From positions 15,547,028 through 15,611,027 of the forward strand of contig CM082576.2 in the NCBI GenBank assembly GCA_040954595.2: 64,000 nt of DNA, in the 5' to 3' direction. This DNA comes from Balanoglossus misakiensis. Taxonomy: Eukaryota > Animalia > Hemichordata. Under the pieces are notes generated by a model. The model ran no database searches, was not told the origin of the DNA, and was given only the letters and a program-made list of their open reading frames with translations. Each line of letters opens with the position of its first letter. Position 1 is the first letter of the stretch. The translations under genes and the position numbers were made by a program. Shown piece by piece: positions 39,901 to 52,119 of the stretch.

Positions 39901-42900
39901 GTGTTGTCCGCACGCAATTGCTGACAACGAACTTAGGAGCTCTTGTCCTACTTCCCTTCATGTACTTGGTGGTGGAGCAAAATAGGCAAATATGATCGTA
40001 CACCCGAGACCCTTGTATGCTCGACCTCTTTTCACGTTCCAGTGTATTGGTTCCCTCAGTTGATGACGACTGCTCTTTAGAAAGGATAGATTCAAGAGCC
40101 TTTTTCATCGTAAAGAGACTTCTGCATTTCCGATGGTACTGCACCTGAGGAATTTCACCTTCGCCTAAACCAATGGCGAGGTTCTGAATTGGTTTGTATT
40201 TTTGTATGTTAGCTGTATTCAGCAAAGTTATCCAGGAGGCGTGATCTTGTAGAGTGACGAGGCCATTTTTTTATTTATTATACTGGACCTGAATATAAAT
40301 AGATCATGCTCATATTGTGTTGAGGAAAAAAAATAAGCAGATTTTTGAACCTTTGCTTGGCTTGTCATCTGCTGTGCCTGTACACTGTAGGATGGTATCC
40401 AACAATAATACACAATCAGAGCTACAATGCTATAATGGCCCCTTCTCGTAGTATTGTTAGGAATCATCATACAAGTACAGTGCACATGAGCAGCATGCAA
40501 AGGTTCACAAATTTGCACATCCGTTCTCCTAAACACCATATGTGCATGATCAGTTGGGTGAATACTTACCTGTTAGATGGCCAAACCTACCCCAAAATCC
40601 GTGGGAAATTGTTTGTTATTATCCCGTTTCTCTACTAATTTTTTTTCTGATTGTAATTGAATAATAAGGTCTTCAATTGGTCTGAAAAAAAATCGTGTAG
40701 AGTATTTTATCTCATAAATGACATTTGAAGACTTGGGTTTAAAAAATTAATGCGGGAAATGTTCGTACCATAATTTTTCGAAATTACCCAAATCTTGTGA
40801 TCTTTTGACCTCTTTGACCTAAATTCAAAACAAAATTACAACAAATACATATACAATCGCTAGAGTGCTAAAAAACGCACAATTTGAGAGGTAGATGACT
40901 TTTCTGGCTTTATTTTTGCCGGAGTTACAACTACTACCCCAATAACAGGGTCTGAAGTCTTGTGCCATTCTTCCGTATCTCTGTATTTGTGTTTTTCTGA
41001 TCGTAATTGAATAATAGGGTTTTTTATTGGTTTGAAATAGATTCTGGGAGAGTATTTTATCTTCTAAATGACATTTAAAGACTTAAGTTAAAAAAAAATC
41101 GTTCAAGAAATAGTCATAATACAAATGTTCAGAATGACCCAAATTTCATGACCTTTTGACCTCTATTGGCCTTAATTCAAAACGAATTACCACCAAAATA
41201 TATTATATTGGTAGAGTTCTAAAAAACACACAATTTGAGTGGTAGATGACTGTTCTGGGTTTATTTTTGCCGGAGTTACAAGAACTTAAGTTTCCCCTAC
41301 CCTTAAATCTGAGTGGAAAATTGGATGTCTTTCTGTCGTTTCTCTTTATTTGTGTTTTTCTGGTCATAAATGAATAATAAGGTTTTCTATTGGTTTGAAA
41401 TAGATTCTGGGAGAGTATTTTATCTTGTAAATGACATTTAAAGACTTAAGTTCAAAACAATCGTTCAAGAAATAGTCATACTACAAATGTTCAGAATGAC
41501 CCAAATTTCATGACCTTTTGACCTCTATTGACCTCAATTCAAAACGAATTACCACCAAAATATATTATTTTGGTAGAGTTCTAAAAAACACACAATTTGA
41601 GTGGTAAATGACTGTTCTGGCTTTAGTTTTGCTGGAGTTACAGCAATTTAAAGTTCCCCTACCCTCAAAATTTGGGTCGGAAATTTTTAGGTTCTTACAT
41701 TAGTTTTTGAGGGAAAAAATGCAGAAAGCTACTCGATAGGCAGGGCTATCACCCCAATTTATAATCTAGAGATATAGGCCTTTCCAAAAATCTATGTGAG
41801 GCTTTGTCCATCTTTCTGATACCAATTTATGAAAAATGGGGTCCTGGCCCATGGACTATATAGCACAACACATCTCCCTAGGTTAATATCTAATATTATT
41901 AAAATTATTCATTTTATATAATTCTTTATTTAAGCTGAATTTCACATTCGAGAAGCAATTGCTGGAAAAGAAATATCAAACGATTCTTCAAAGGCCGACG
42001 GTGATGGACACAAACGTGAAATCATACCATATTTGTACGCATCTGGAAAACTTTCTGATGGAGAAATCTTGGCCAATGCCACAGAGCTGTTTGGTGCATC
42101 AGTTGATACAGTAGGTCGTATGTATGTATGTATGCCAGTTTAGTCTCCTGATGAGTGGGTCCAGTGACTCACGAAACAGCGTTGTAGAGATTTTACCGTA
42201 ACATATTGATGAAACGGAAGAAGGAACTATGTACCGGTGAAGCGAATCTCTACAGTATTAACCCGTTTCTCGTGCCGTGCAATAGAATAGAAAGTAACTT
42301 TTTTTCTGCTGCCATTTGTTAACAGACATCAAACACTATGAAATGGACATTAGATTTGCTGGCCTGGAACAAGGACGCTCAGGAAAGGCTGTATCGTGAG
42401 GTCAGTGCTGTTGTGCCAAAAGGACAGGCAGTTACCCAGGAACATTTGAAAGAATTGCACTATCTGAAGGCCGTCATTCGTGAAAGTATGAGGTATTATT
42501 GTATTAATTATATTAATAATGATTAGTATGTATGTATGTATGTATGTATGTATGTATGTATGTATGTATGTATGTATGTATGTATGTATGTATGTATGTA
42601 TGTATGTATGTATGTATGTATGTATGTATGTATGTATGTATGTATGTATGTATGTATGTATGTATGTATGTATGTATGTATGTATGTATGTATGTATGTA
42701 TGTATGTATGTATGTATGTATGTATGTATGTATGCATGCATGCATGCATGCATGCATGCATGCATGCATGTATGTATGTATGTATGTATGTATGTATGTA
42801 TGTATGTATGTTCACAGGTGTTTTCAGAATAAATATAACCTTATTTCTTGACTTTTAAAACTTTCTTGTAATTGAGAGAGAGGTTTTTGATCAAAAATAG

Positions 42901-44534
42901 CCTTCAGTCACCTTAGCAAAAGTTATTGAATCCTTGATTTTAAAAGTAAAAGTAACTATAATAATTGTTATTAAATCTTCAAAACTTTATCTACATATGA
43001 ATACTTGATAATTTCTACATACATTAATTGTGAATATTCATCCTCATCTGTACCATCACATTGCACAGACTCTATCCTGCCGTGAATGGTTTCTTTCGCA
43101 TTCTCGCATCTGATGCTGTTCTGTGTGGATATCACGTGCCTGCAGGGGTGAGTTGTTGTATGGGTTGTCAGTGTTTGCTTCCTTCTATTAGCCTGTGAAT
43201 TAAATTGACTAAAACGGACTTCATACAGGTACGTGCACTTGTATGTATGTATGTATGTATGTATGTATGTATGTATGTATGTATGTATGTATGTATGTAT
43301 GTATGTATGTATGTATGTATGTATGTATGTATGTATGTATGTATGTATGTATGTATGTATGTATGTATGTATGTATGTATGTATGTATGTATGTATGTAT
43401 GTATGTAGTTATGTAGTTATGTATGTATGTCTGTATGTATGTATGTATGTATGTATGTATGTATGTATGTATGTATGTATGAATGAATGAATGAATGAAT
43501 GAATGAATGCATGAATGAATGAATGAATGAATGAATGAATGAATGAATGAATGAATCCATGCATGTGTAAATTTAAAAGTCCCTATGTCTTCTTTGGAAG
43601 ATTGGCGACCAATTACATAATAGCAGTCTGTTTAGCATGTTTCAATGAACATTGTAATTATTGGACAATTTCAGTTATTATAATGATAAATGTCCGATTG
43701 TGAGTATTTGACTAAATCCTGAGGCATTTGACCTTGAAAGTTGACCTTGAAAGTTGCATCTTAAAATTTGGTTTGTTACTTAACATTTTTAGACGGGTGC
43801 ATTTGTCCAAACTGCTTTGATGTCACGGGATCCAGAGATATTTGAACAGCCTGACAAGTTTATGCCTGAGAGGTGGCTGAGATCAGAGCGCCCTATGCCT
43901 CGAATCAACCAATTTGCAGCCCAGCCCTTCTCAACAGGACCACGAAATTGCATTGGAAGGAGACTGGCTGAACTTGAAATGCAATTATGCTTAGCAAAGG
44001 TAAGAAAATCGGTTACACTCCAGACCAAAGACCAGACGCATCTTCGATACAGCAAACAAACGTACAATAATTCATACACTTACTAATTAATGGTCAACTG
44101 CCCTGTAGAAGCAGCATTGTATATTTTACATTGTAATGGTGAGAAATGAATTTTGGTGAAGATCTAAATTCATTATTCTACGCTTCCAATGTAGGCAATG
44201 TGTTTACCTGACATATAATGTGAAGGAGCAGAAAATGTATCCCTGATCTATGAAACAGAAAACAAAAAATATTCGGTTTTAAATCTGTCCATTGTCCATT
44301 CATTGTCTGGATAAAAATGCTATTTTTGACGGACCTAAGGATGAAATCTTAAGTTATCAGGATGGATAAGCAATTTAACGCATTTAGCTCCAACTGGTGT
44401 TGTTTTTACCTTTTACCTAGATTGTACAGAATTTTGAGCTGGAATCAAATAACGACGAGCCGCTCAAAATCATAGTGAAGCTACTTCAGATTGGTGACAA
44501 GCCGTTGAGGTTAAAGTTCACTGAGCGTGTCTGA
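33992..44534 (+). CDS. Cytochrome P450, mitochondrial clan (CYP27/CYP24-like), 8 exons, ~514 aa
   Basis: Exons 33992-34395, 35807-36000, 36769-36972, 41935-42110, 42326-42492, 43069-43147, 43793-43999, 44421-44534 (1545 nt, in frame). Arg-rich transit peptide, KPFEDIPRP, EGKYPRR, WxxxR (WQRHR), I-helix GASVDTT, ESMR, PERW, haem motif FSTGPRNCIG. Confidence 0.95.
34441..34789. mobile_element. Kolobok-like MITE, copy B (CYP intron 1)
   Basis: Same TIRs and body as 29566-29912. Confidence 0.8.
35033..35124. mobile_element. Tiny piggyBac-like MITE
   Basis: TTAA|CCCTTTCACC...GGTGAAAGGG|TTAA. Confidence 0.7.
37343..41858. mobile_element. 4.5-kb fold-back DNA transposon derivative (Academ-like) in CYP intron 3, ~2-kb inverted arms
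   Basis: Termini TAGTCCATGGGCCAG / CTGGCCCATGGACTA, flanked by TAT on both sides. 37343-39334 is the near-identical reverse complement of 39935-41858. There are ~360-bp subterminal tandem repeats. Both arms carry the same ORF start (YHRKCRSLFTMKK, CLFC), and ELVAAEGHYHRKCY reads on the minus strand at ~39800-39845. Confidence 0.85.
42142..42192 (+). ncRNA. Type I hammerhead ribozyme in CYP intron 4, sense orientation
   Basis: AGTCTC-CTGATGA-GTGGGTC cagt GACTCAC-GAAA-CAG cg TTG-TA-GAGATT gives a 6-bp stem I, the full core, a 7-bp stem II, a self-complementary stem III and a GUA cleavage triplet (cut after 42186). Confidence 0.85.
42526..42810. repeat. (TATG)n / (CATG)n microsatellite
   Basis: Read directly. 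Confidence 0.97.
43241..43556. repeat. (TATG)n followed by (GAAT)n compound microsatellite
   Basis: Read directly. Confidence 0.97.
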
Positions 44535-45468
44535 ACTCGACAGAATTTGACATCATAGACATTGTGATATAACGTGCCTCTATACTATATTGCTTTAAGA
44601 GGATACGGAGGATAAGGCCACCTTTGATGATTAATGTGGATGCAATGCCTGTACATCTTTTAATAACCTAGCTACGATGTAATTGTGCTAGATTTTGTAC
44701 GTAATAATCTCCGCGATATGTACGATTTAGCTGACGCCCAGTCACGTGAACAGCTATTCTATCGTTAACACCTTTTTACCATAACTCTTATTATTTCAAG
44801 ATGTTGTGGGAGGGAGAGTGAGTGAGTGAGTGAGTGAGTTGTTGTTGTTGTTGTTGTTGTTGTTGCTTCTTTATTCCTCCTCCAAGAGACAATAGTTACA
44901 ACACAAATGAATAAACATAAATACATAGATAACCGAAAAATGACAATAGACTCATTTTGCGTTGTTATGATACATGTTCGCCAAAATTCGCCGCTTTTGG
45001 GTAAATTGTGCAGGTGCTTTCTTACCGCATATACTTTGTTGAACTCATAAGCATGTTTCTTCACCAATATTTCCCGCAGCAGGAGTAAATCATCATCTGA
45101 AGAATTCAAATGTGGAATGGAGATGATGTGTGAGACTGTAGAATATTACAAGATGAATTTTTAGAATTGCAAAGTTTGAGAATAAGAAATGTGACCATAT
45201 ATAAATTAAAGCCACTCTCTCTACATGTATATCTACCTCATAGCCCCTTACCGGTAGTTCAACAGAAAACATGCCGAATTTCCATTTTTGTGTCCAACAG
45301 ACGTTCTATACGATCCCCACTGACCAATACCCCTACATTTGGAAGAATGTGCTCCAGTGTGTCTACCATGGCAATGCACAACTAACATTTGTCTAGCACC
45401 CTGTGTTGATATTTACATATAACTCCTTGAGTTAGTTACTGCTTTGTAACTTAGTTGCTGTATACTTT

Positions 45469-46123
45469 TCTATGTGTGTGTGTGTTGACTCAGTATTGTG
45501 TTGTGACACATGACCCCAGCGTATACTATTCAAGCAATGCATACACTCATGGTTATTCCGGGTCAACTTTCACTCACCTGGCCTCGACCTGACCATTGTC
45601 CTCCGACGTGCAGGCCGCTTCAGTGTCGCCTATATGTTGCGGGGAGTGTTCTGTCTAGATTCTCGGTTCTCCGCGGGTACAGTTCAACGCTTGTGGTACT
45701 TCTAAACGACTGGTTGGGCTTCCTTGGGCGGTCAAGATCTGCTGTAAACGTTTAGGTAAGATTGACCGCATGTCTTTGTGGTATTTTGTCCTGATAGTAA
45801 TGGGTGTGGAAATTTCACCAAGCAGTGCGTTTGAAGGTCAACAGAAGTCCCAAGCGCACTCATACCATAAACCATAAAATTCTAAAATAATATTTGATTC
45901 TCTCTTGCTTTTCAGGTTTAGGAAATCCAACCGAGCTATGTATAACACGCCGAGAAGACTTACGCTGGCATTGCTGTGCGTGTATTCATTATCGCTGGGT
46001 AAGTCGTGGCGCACAATAAAGCAAGAATGTTGGCTTTTGAAAATTTCCTTTTCATCCACCGTTTTGCTTGAATGGCCGACTTGGGGTGTAGGCCTGATTG
46101 ACCCTTTTAACACTCAGTACATG
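45469..46123 (+). repeat. ~655-bp direct duplication of 51652-52309 carrying orphan 5' exons (UTR exon and signal-peptide exon 45938-45998) of the mucin-like gene
   Basis: Near-identical sequence, with donor ttag|gtaag, acceptor ttttcag| and MYNTPRRLTLALLCVYSLSL|gtaagt in both copies. Confidence 0.9.
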
Positions 46124-47030
46124 ACGAAGGGAACGTTCTTGTAGATGATGACGGGAGAGAGGGCGGGCTTCAAGGCGTTCGTCTTTTCAGCGTCATCTGT
46201 TTCATACGATGCGTGGTCTTCGTCCGGAAATTCGCTGCCGACATCGAAGGTTAAGCGCTTTAGGTGTTGATACAACGACGCAAAGCTCTTGCACGTACGC
46301 AAAAACGAGTATGGCCACTGTGACGATAGGAACGAGAAGGTGGATGTCCAGTGTGATACCCATCAGCGTGTAAGCGCACACGTCGACGACTAGTATACCT
46401 ACAATGCAGCTTGAAGGATGTAACTCGAAAGGAGACTCATGGACACGGCGCAGTTGCAGGCAAGAAGGCTAGAGGCTGGCTGACTTCTGTGGATCATACT
46501 ATTGACAAGAATCGCCAGCGCAACTAACGGGATCGACCGAAACAGTCGACACGGGTGTTTCCAGCCATGGACTCCAATGCGCCCATTGTAGTCTTACCAT
46601 GCGTCAAGTTCAGTCATGTGCCACAAGAACAGAGGTCGAACATCATCATGAAATACATAAATATCGGTATAAGGAGGGAAAAAATATATCGTCAGCTAAA
46701 TTTTTCGGCAGATTTGACCACATCGTCGTTCCCCCGAAGAGCAGGTAGATCGGCCAGAATAGGCATCACAACCAGTCCGGCCGTCGGCCGCTTCTGTATC
46801 AAAATTCCAATACTTGTAAAAGTTGGTGATTGTCAACGGTGTTGTAGAATCACTCGGCACGAGCTCTGCCCCGTGAACGAGTACACTCTGTCCGTTGTCT
46901 AACTTGAACGCCTTACGCACAATCATCGTGGCGGGAATGAGTTGCCAACTGACCAACGGCAGAACGAGCAAGAACAGAACGAGCATTATGGCGAAGATTT
47001 TCGACAACGTGAACGCCAGTCATTTTTTAA
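46114..47030 (-). pseudogene. Frameshifted remnant of the same multi-pass membrane protein gene (more N-terminal part), copy 2
   Basis: Hydrophobic pieces lie in different frames: KIFAIMLVLFLLVLPLVSW; CIVGILVVDVCAYTLMGITLDIHLLVPIVTVAILVFAY; KSFASLYQHLKRLTFDV...YKNVPF. It is truncated at the duplicated segment and overlaps copy 1 in homology. Confidence 0.6.
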
Positions 47031-48023
47031 ACAAACCGGGTGTAAACAGTCCTTAACTTCTAAAAAACAACAACTTTAAAATTTTCTCCATATTGGAGTA
47101 AATGACACACAAATTGGCGGTCATTCTGAATTGAAAATTTGAGGCAGTTTTGCTCTTTCGTACAACAATTTGCACGACGACCTGTAATTTTTTTTTAATT
47201 TCCAATTTCATTTTGGGATTGCAGAGCAAATCTTGTGCTTGCGTCACTGAAACCGCGGGAAGCAAACACTGAATGAACGTGCCTTTGGATAGCCTTGGCA
47301 TGTGCGTAGACCAACTGGCGCTGCATCACTGTCAGGTTATCTTATTATAAAGGATACACTTGTATATTCCAATGTGGGGGTTTCTACCGCTAATATTTCG
47401 CTTTTCAAAAGAGCGATATATGCTGTAATTGGTATCAATCAGTGGTGATAGGATTTTAAATCACTTTCAGGATACTCTTCGGAACAAGGGCGAGGAACAT
47501 TTTACAGGAAACATGGGTATTCAAAAATCCTCCAAATGACAAAAGTATATATGATTTCTCTTCATGAACCCGAATCGGCTGCAATAATCGTAACACAACT
47601 ATTCCCATTGCCAACAAACTTTATTTCACTATGATATTCATCGCATGGCTGTACTGTTACACTAGTCCATACTACAGCAAATTGAATTTATAAATCGATA
47701 AAAATGGCTCTACAATGCGTTTTTTAAAACTGTTGCAATCTCCCAAGAATGAAGATCTTGACTTGTGTCTATGGGACCCATACCCACAGCCACAGACGGG
47801 AAGACACCGACATTTGGAAAGAAATGTAGAAAGGTGGTTTGGAAATGGGTATAATATCCGTGACGGGTGGCATTCCGGTCTTGCTACGGGAGTTTTGATG
47901 GATGCAGATAGTTTTTGTCCAATGTTGACATCGAAATTTAATGTTCCGTTAATTATAATGATCCGTTATTATAAAAGGGCATGATATTTTGATAGGGCGC
48001 ACATCATGAACCTTATTACAGCT

Positions 48024-48802
48024 TGTTACGACACGCTGGCCGTTCCAGCCGAAACAGGGCGAGCAATAAACACACTAGCCGGATGGCGTACGTTGTAAGG
48101 AACCAAACCAGCGCCGCACGCAACAAAGTTGGTCAACAAAAGTCACAACAACCAGCAAATCACCTTATTTATAACGAATTTAATAATAACTAAAGTAATC
48201 GTGAACATTAAATATTATAAACTAAAGAAACACACAAGAAACAAGTGAACTACCTTTTTAAACGTGACCAGGTGTGCATAAACTGAAACAGAACAAGTCC
48301 AATGTCCGCTAGAACGTTCCGCTGACTTGACGGAGGACACGTAGACACAGCAACTCGGCGATAATTCAGTGTAGACACAGCGACACGGCGACAGCTCCAA
48401 CTCGGCGGCAGTTCAGTGTAAACACAGCGACAGCTCCAACTCGGCGGCAGTTCAGCGTAGACACAGCGACAGCTCCAACTGGTTCCACAAAAGTCCGCAA
48501 AAGTCTGCTCCACAAAAGTCCGCTTCAAAAGTCCGCTCCACACGAAACAGCACGACTTACAACTTGTTCAGAAGAGCAGCCACAGCTTCCAAGACGGTTC
48601 AAACGAGCAGCACGTCCTCCAGGTCAAATTAACATCCACCCGCACAACGTGGCAACGAGCGGGCTTTTATACTAGCCAAAAATTAATTCATCACACCTGG
48701 TCACTTAAATATTCAAATAAAGAAAGCAAACGAAACGCACACGAAAAGCACACGAAAAACACACCTGGTCACAAAACAATGACCGACTGAACCTACGTAA
48801 CA
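48024..48802 (-). mobile_element. Solo LTR (Gypsy-like), 779 bp
   Basis: Termini TGTTACG...CGTAACA, perfect 4-bp TSD AGCT (48020-48023 / 48803-48806), internal short tandem repeats. TATAAAAG on the minus strand at ~48664-48671 gives the tentative orientation. Confidence 0.85.
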
Positions 48803-48920
48803 AGCTAAAGTCCTAGTTGTTTCTCACAATACCAAACAAAGAGAATGGTGCATAACCAGAGACTTGTTTGAAACAGTGACTACTTCTACGACAGCCGATT
48901 GCCCGTAGATGAACGCGGTC

Positions 48921-49325
48921 TTACATTCCCAGAAGAAGAGCCTGCTGCGCTGCCTGGAGATCATTTCTCAAGTGGTAGTCAGCTCTGACAAGTTTGATGC
49001 GATTCAGGGCCATGAGCTCTTCCATGCCCCCTACCAGTCGCGTCTTGTGCAGAACGACCAGGATGCCGCCAACAGCTCCGGTTTCCCGTATGTAGTTGAT
49101 CAGCTGCTGGACTTCGGGTTGGCCAATGGAAGTTTTCTTGTAGCGCTTTGACTCGATGACGATAGTGCGCCCGTCACACACAACCATTGTGTCAGGTCTG
49201 TAGTTACCGACAGGTATTTGGCTGGCCGTCTGACAGCCTGGAAAGGCCAATGCGACCTGTTCACAGACATGTTTTTCGAATTGATGTGGGGTCATATCGT
49301 ACATTTGAGCAGCCGTTTTCGCCAT
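48921..49325 (-). CDS. Stand-alone Mrr-like (type IV restriction endonuclease catalytic domain) PD-(D/E)xK protein, 134 aa
   Basis: MTPHQFEKHV (N-terminal helix E), YRPD, IVIESKRY, SIGQPEVQQL..Y, GAVGGILV, IKLVRAD follow the Mrr_cat motif order. The ORF is intact and is preceded by a polypyrimidine tract and acceptor (ctctcacttttctcttctag|aaaATG). Confidence 0.75.
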   Translation of the reverse strand: MAKTAAQMYDMTPHQFEKHVCEQVALAFPGCQTASQIPVGNYRPDTMVVCDGRTIVIESKRYKKTSIGQPEVQQLINYIRETGAVGGILVVLHKTRLVGGMEELMALNRIKLVRADYHLRNDLQAAQQALLLGM

Positions 49326-52119
49326 TTTCTAGAAGAGAAAAGTGAGAGTGTAATTGTCATGACATGTCTTACTTCACATCGTCTCATCATCTGAGCGGCT
49401 TCATTGCGTGGAATTCCTGTACCCCCCCCCCCCCCCTGAAGTCTGCTGAAAAAAGGCGACATTATGCCAAGTTTTTGGCAATCATGTATAAAAAGCGAAA
49501 CCGTCCTAAGGCTATTTCTAAGAACCGAGGACGGAAAAAAGCCACAGACTAGCATCATACCTATACAGTGTTAGTTAGCTTTCTCCGAAGTTAAAACGAA
49601 AGGAACGGGTGAAGTGCACTGGAAGCAAATCCTTTACTTTCATTTGGTGTGATAACAGCAGAGATAACAAAGCTACTGAAAGTTTCCTTTGGTTTGAAAT
49701 AAAAGCTTTCTTACTTTCTTCGCTCATATTAAAGGAGATGAGTATCCTTTCAAATTTGGTGTGCACTTGATATAGTGCACTCCAAATTTGGCCGAAAATG
49801 TTGAAAGCGAACGGAAACATTGGACATGAGCGTGTGAACAAGACAAAGTTCTTACTTAAAGCGACTCAGTACCGATGCCATAAAACATGTAAAATGCGTG
49901 TTTCGTATCGTGGTCGACGTGTTTGTCACAATACACATTCAGTCAGACACCGGATAGGGCCTATATGTAGGATTCACAAAACCTTATTCACCAGCATCTA
50001 TTCGGCAAAGAGACAGACCACCCCAATTCTACTGCATGCTACATTGTAGACAAAAAAACAATGTGATATTCTCAGAAGAACTGTGAGCGCTGGTTCAGAG
50101 GACTGGGTGTGTGATAAGTTAGTGTGTAGCCTGCATTTTAGCACATGAACATGTATATACATGTACTACATAGCCCGCAAGCGCCCGTGCATGCGTACAG
50201 ATTTACGGCATTATAGTCGACGCGTTTTCAAAACAAGGAACTCTGCACCAATGAATGTGCACTGGCCTACCCTTTGCCCCTTGCTTAGTGCAAACCCATA
50301 GCTGGGGCACTTTTTAGAACACATCTGAAGCAAGGTATGGTACAGAATAGATCAGACGTCACACACAAGTTTCTGAAGAAAAATCATTCTGCGGGGGTTT
50401 GCTGTGGCAACCCGTCTTTAAGGCATAGTCTGCTGCTGAATGCAATTTTAGTGCAGTCATGGAAGAGTTTTTGATGTCCAACGCATACAGGTAGCGTTCG
50501 TACTGAACAAAAATTTATGGAATGTGTAAAATTTCTTCAGAGAAAACCTGGGAAATTTCCAGTCTGATTCAATTTCTCGTGTAATGCTCAACTTTTTTAG
50601 CTGAAATCTGGCACGCGATGGTCATCTTATTTGTCGAAATGTAATTTTACAGAAAGCACTCCTATCAACTAACTGGCCAGATCCTCAGACAGTGCATTCA
50701 TTATTTTGTGTCCGAGCGTAAGGTAAGTGTTACGAAAAGGCGGGAAATCATTGCGTTATGAATTCGCACGTTGTCGTCTTGTGTATGTTTGCTTAGTTGC
50801 ACACTCTGCATCATATTAAGACAATCTCGGACAGCTAGTTACACTAAACATTTATTTTTGGAACGATGGATATTTTAGGCGGGAACTTGAAAAAGTTTGG
50901 TATTTTAGGCGGGAACTTGTAAAATTTGCAAAGAACGATAGTGCCCACTGCAAAATCTAGATTGCATACACTATGATTTCATGACATGTGCATACAGCTT
51001 ATTCGCTAAACATTTCATTTGCCAGAAGTAAAACGGACACTTACTTTCGTTTCTTCACTCGATCTAAAGTTCCTTTGTCTCGCACAAACTGTCGTTCCGC
51101 CTATCACCGGAGTGCAACTGAAGTAAATTATTTCAACCGTCAAGGTAATATGTTAAGATAGCATGGGGGAAAACCATGACGTCATTCCCACGTTACCGTA
51201 TTTTTCAAAGAATCAAAATAACGAAAGTTTGTCAAAGCATACATACCTACATGTATGAAGTTCTGACGAGTTACATTCTAGAAGGGAAAAGTAAAATAAT
51301 GTATATCTCTAAAATTGTACCGGCACAAATGCGAACATTTTGATCAAGTTTGCTTTCATTATTACAATGTACCTCAGTTTAAGTAAGCAAAAAATATATA
51401 GATAAACACGAATGCTTAACTTGTTTATTTTCAGGCCAAAATTCATGTATTTACATGTATGGCAACATTCCAACCGTTGGCAAGAATGTGGCAAGATTAC
51501 CACATCAATCATGCAATACTCACTCAATTATACATAAATGTTAAAGGATTACCAGGGATCGCTGATCATTTACTACAGTTCTCCAACCCGAGCACAGCAA
51601 ATATTTCGGATATATGTACAAAGTAAATCGTTTACATTTCAGAGCACGCCATCTATGTGTGTGTGTGTGTTGACTCAGTATTGTGTTGTGACCCATGACC
51701 CCAGCGTATACTATTCAAGCATACACTCATGGTTATTCCGGGTCAACTTTCACTCACCTGGCCTCGACCTGACCATTGTCCTCCGACGTGCAGGCCACTT
51801 CAGTGTCGCCTATATATGTTGCGGGGAGTGTTCTGTCTAGATTCTCGGTTCTCCGCGGGTACAGTTCAACGCTTGTGGTACTTCTAAACGACTGGTTGGG
51901 CTTCCTTGGGCGGTCAAGATCTGCTGTAAACGTTTAGGTAAGATTGACCGCATGTCTTTGTGGTATTTTGTCCTGATAGTAATGGGTGTGGAAATTTCAC
52001 CAAGCAGTGCGTTTGAAGGTCAACAGAAGTCCCAAGCGCACTCATACCATAAACCATAAAATTCTAAAATAATATTTGATTCTCTCTTGCTTTTCAGGTT
52101 TAGGAAATCCAACCGAGCT

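Noticed and set aside
42350-43490. Long MYVC/HTYI-repeat ORFs (also 60503-60845 and 28135-28527)
   Set aside because: These are translations of (TATG)n or (GAAT)n microsatellites, not proteins.
48921-49325. Bacterial contamination as the source of the Mrr-like ORF
   Set aside because: It is flanked by an LTR and by duplicated spliceosomal exons, has its own splice acceptor, and has no neighbouring operon-like ORFs. A chimeric assembly still needs read-level exclusion.
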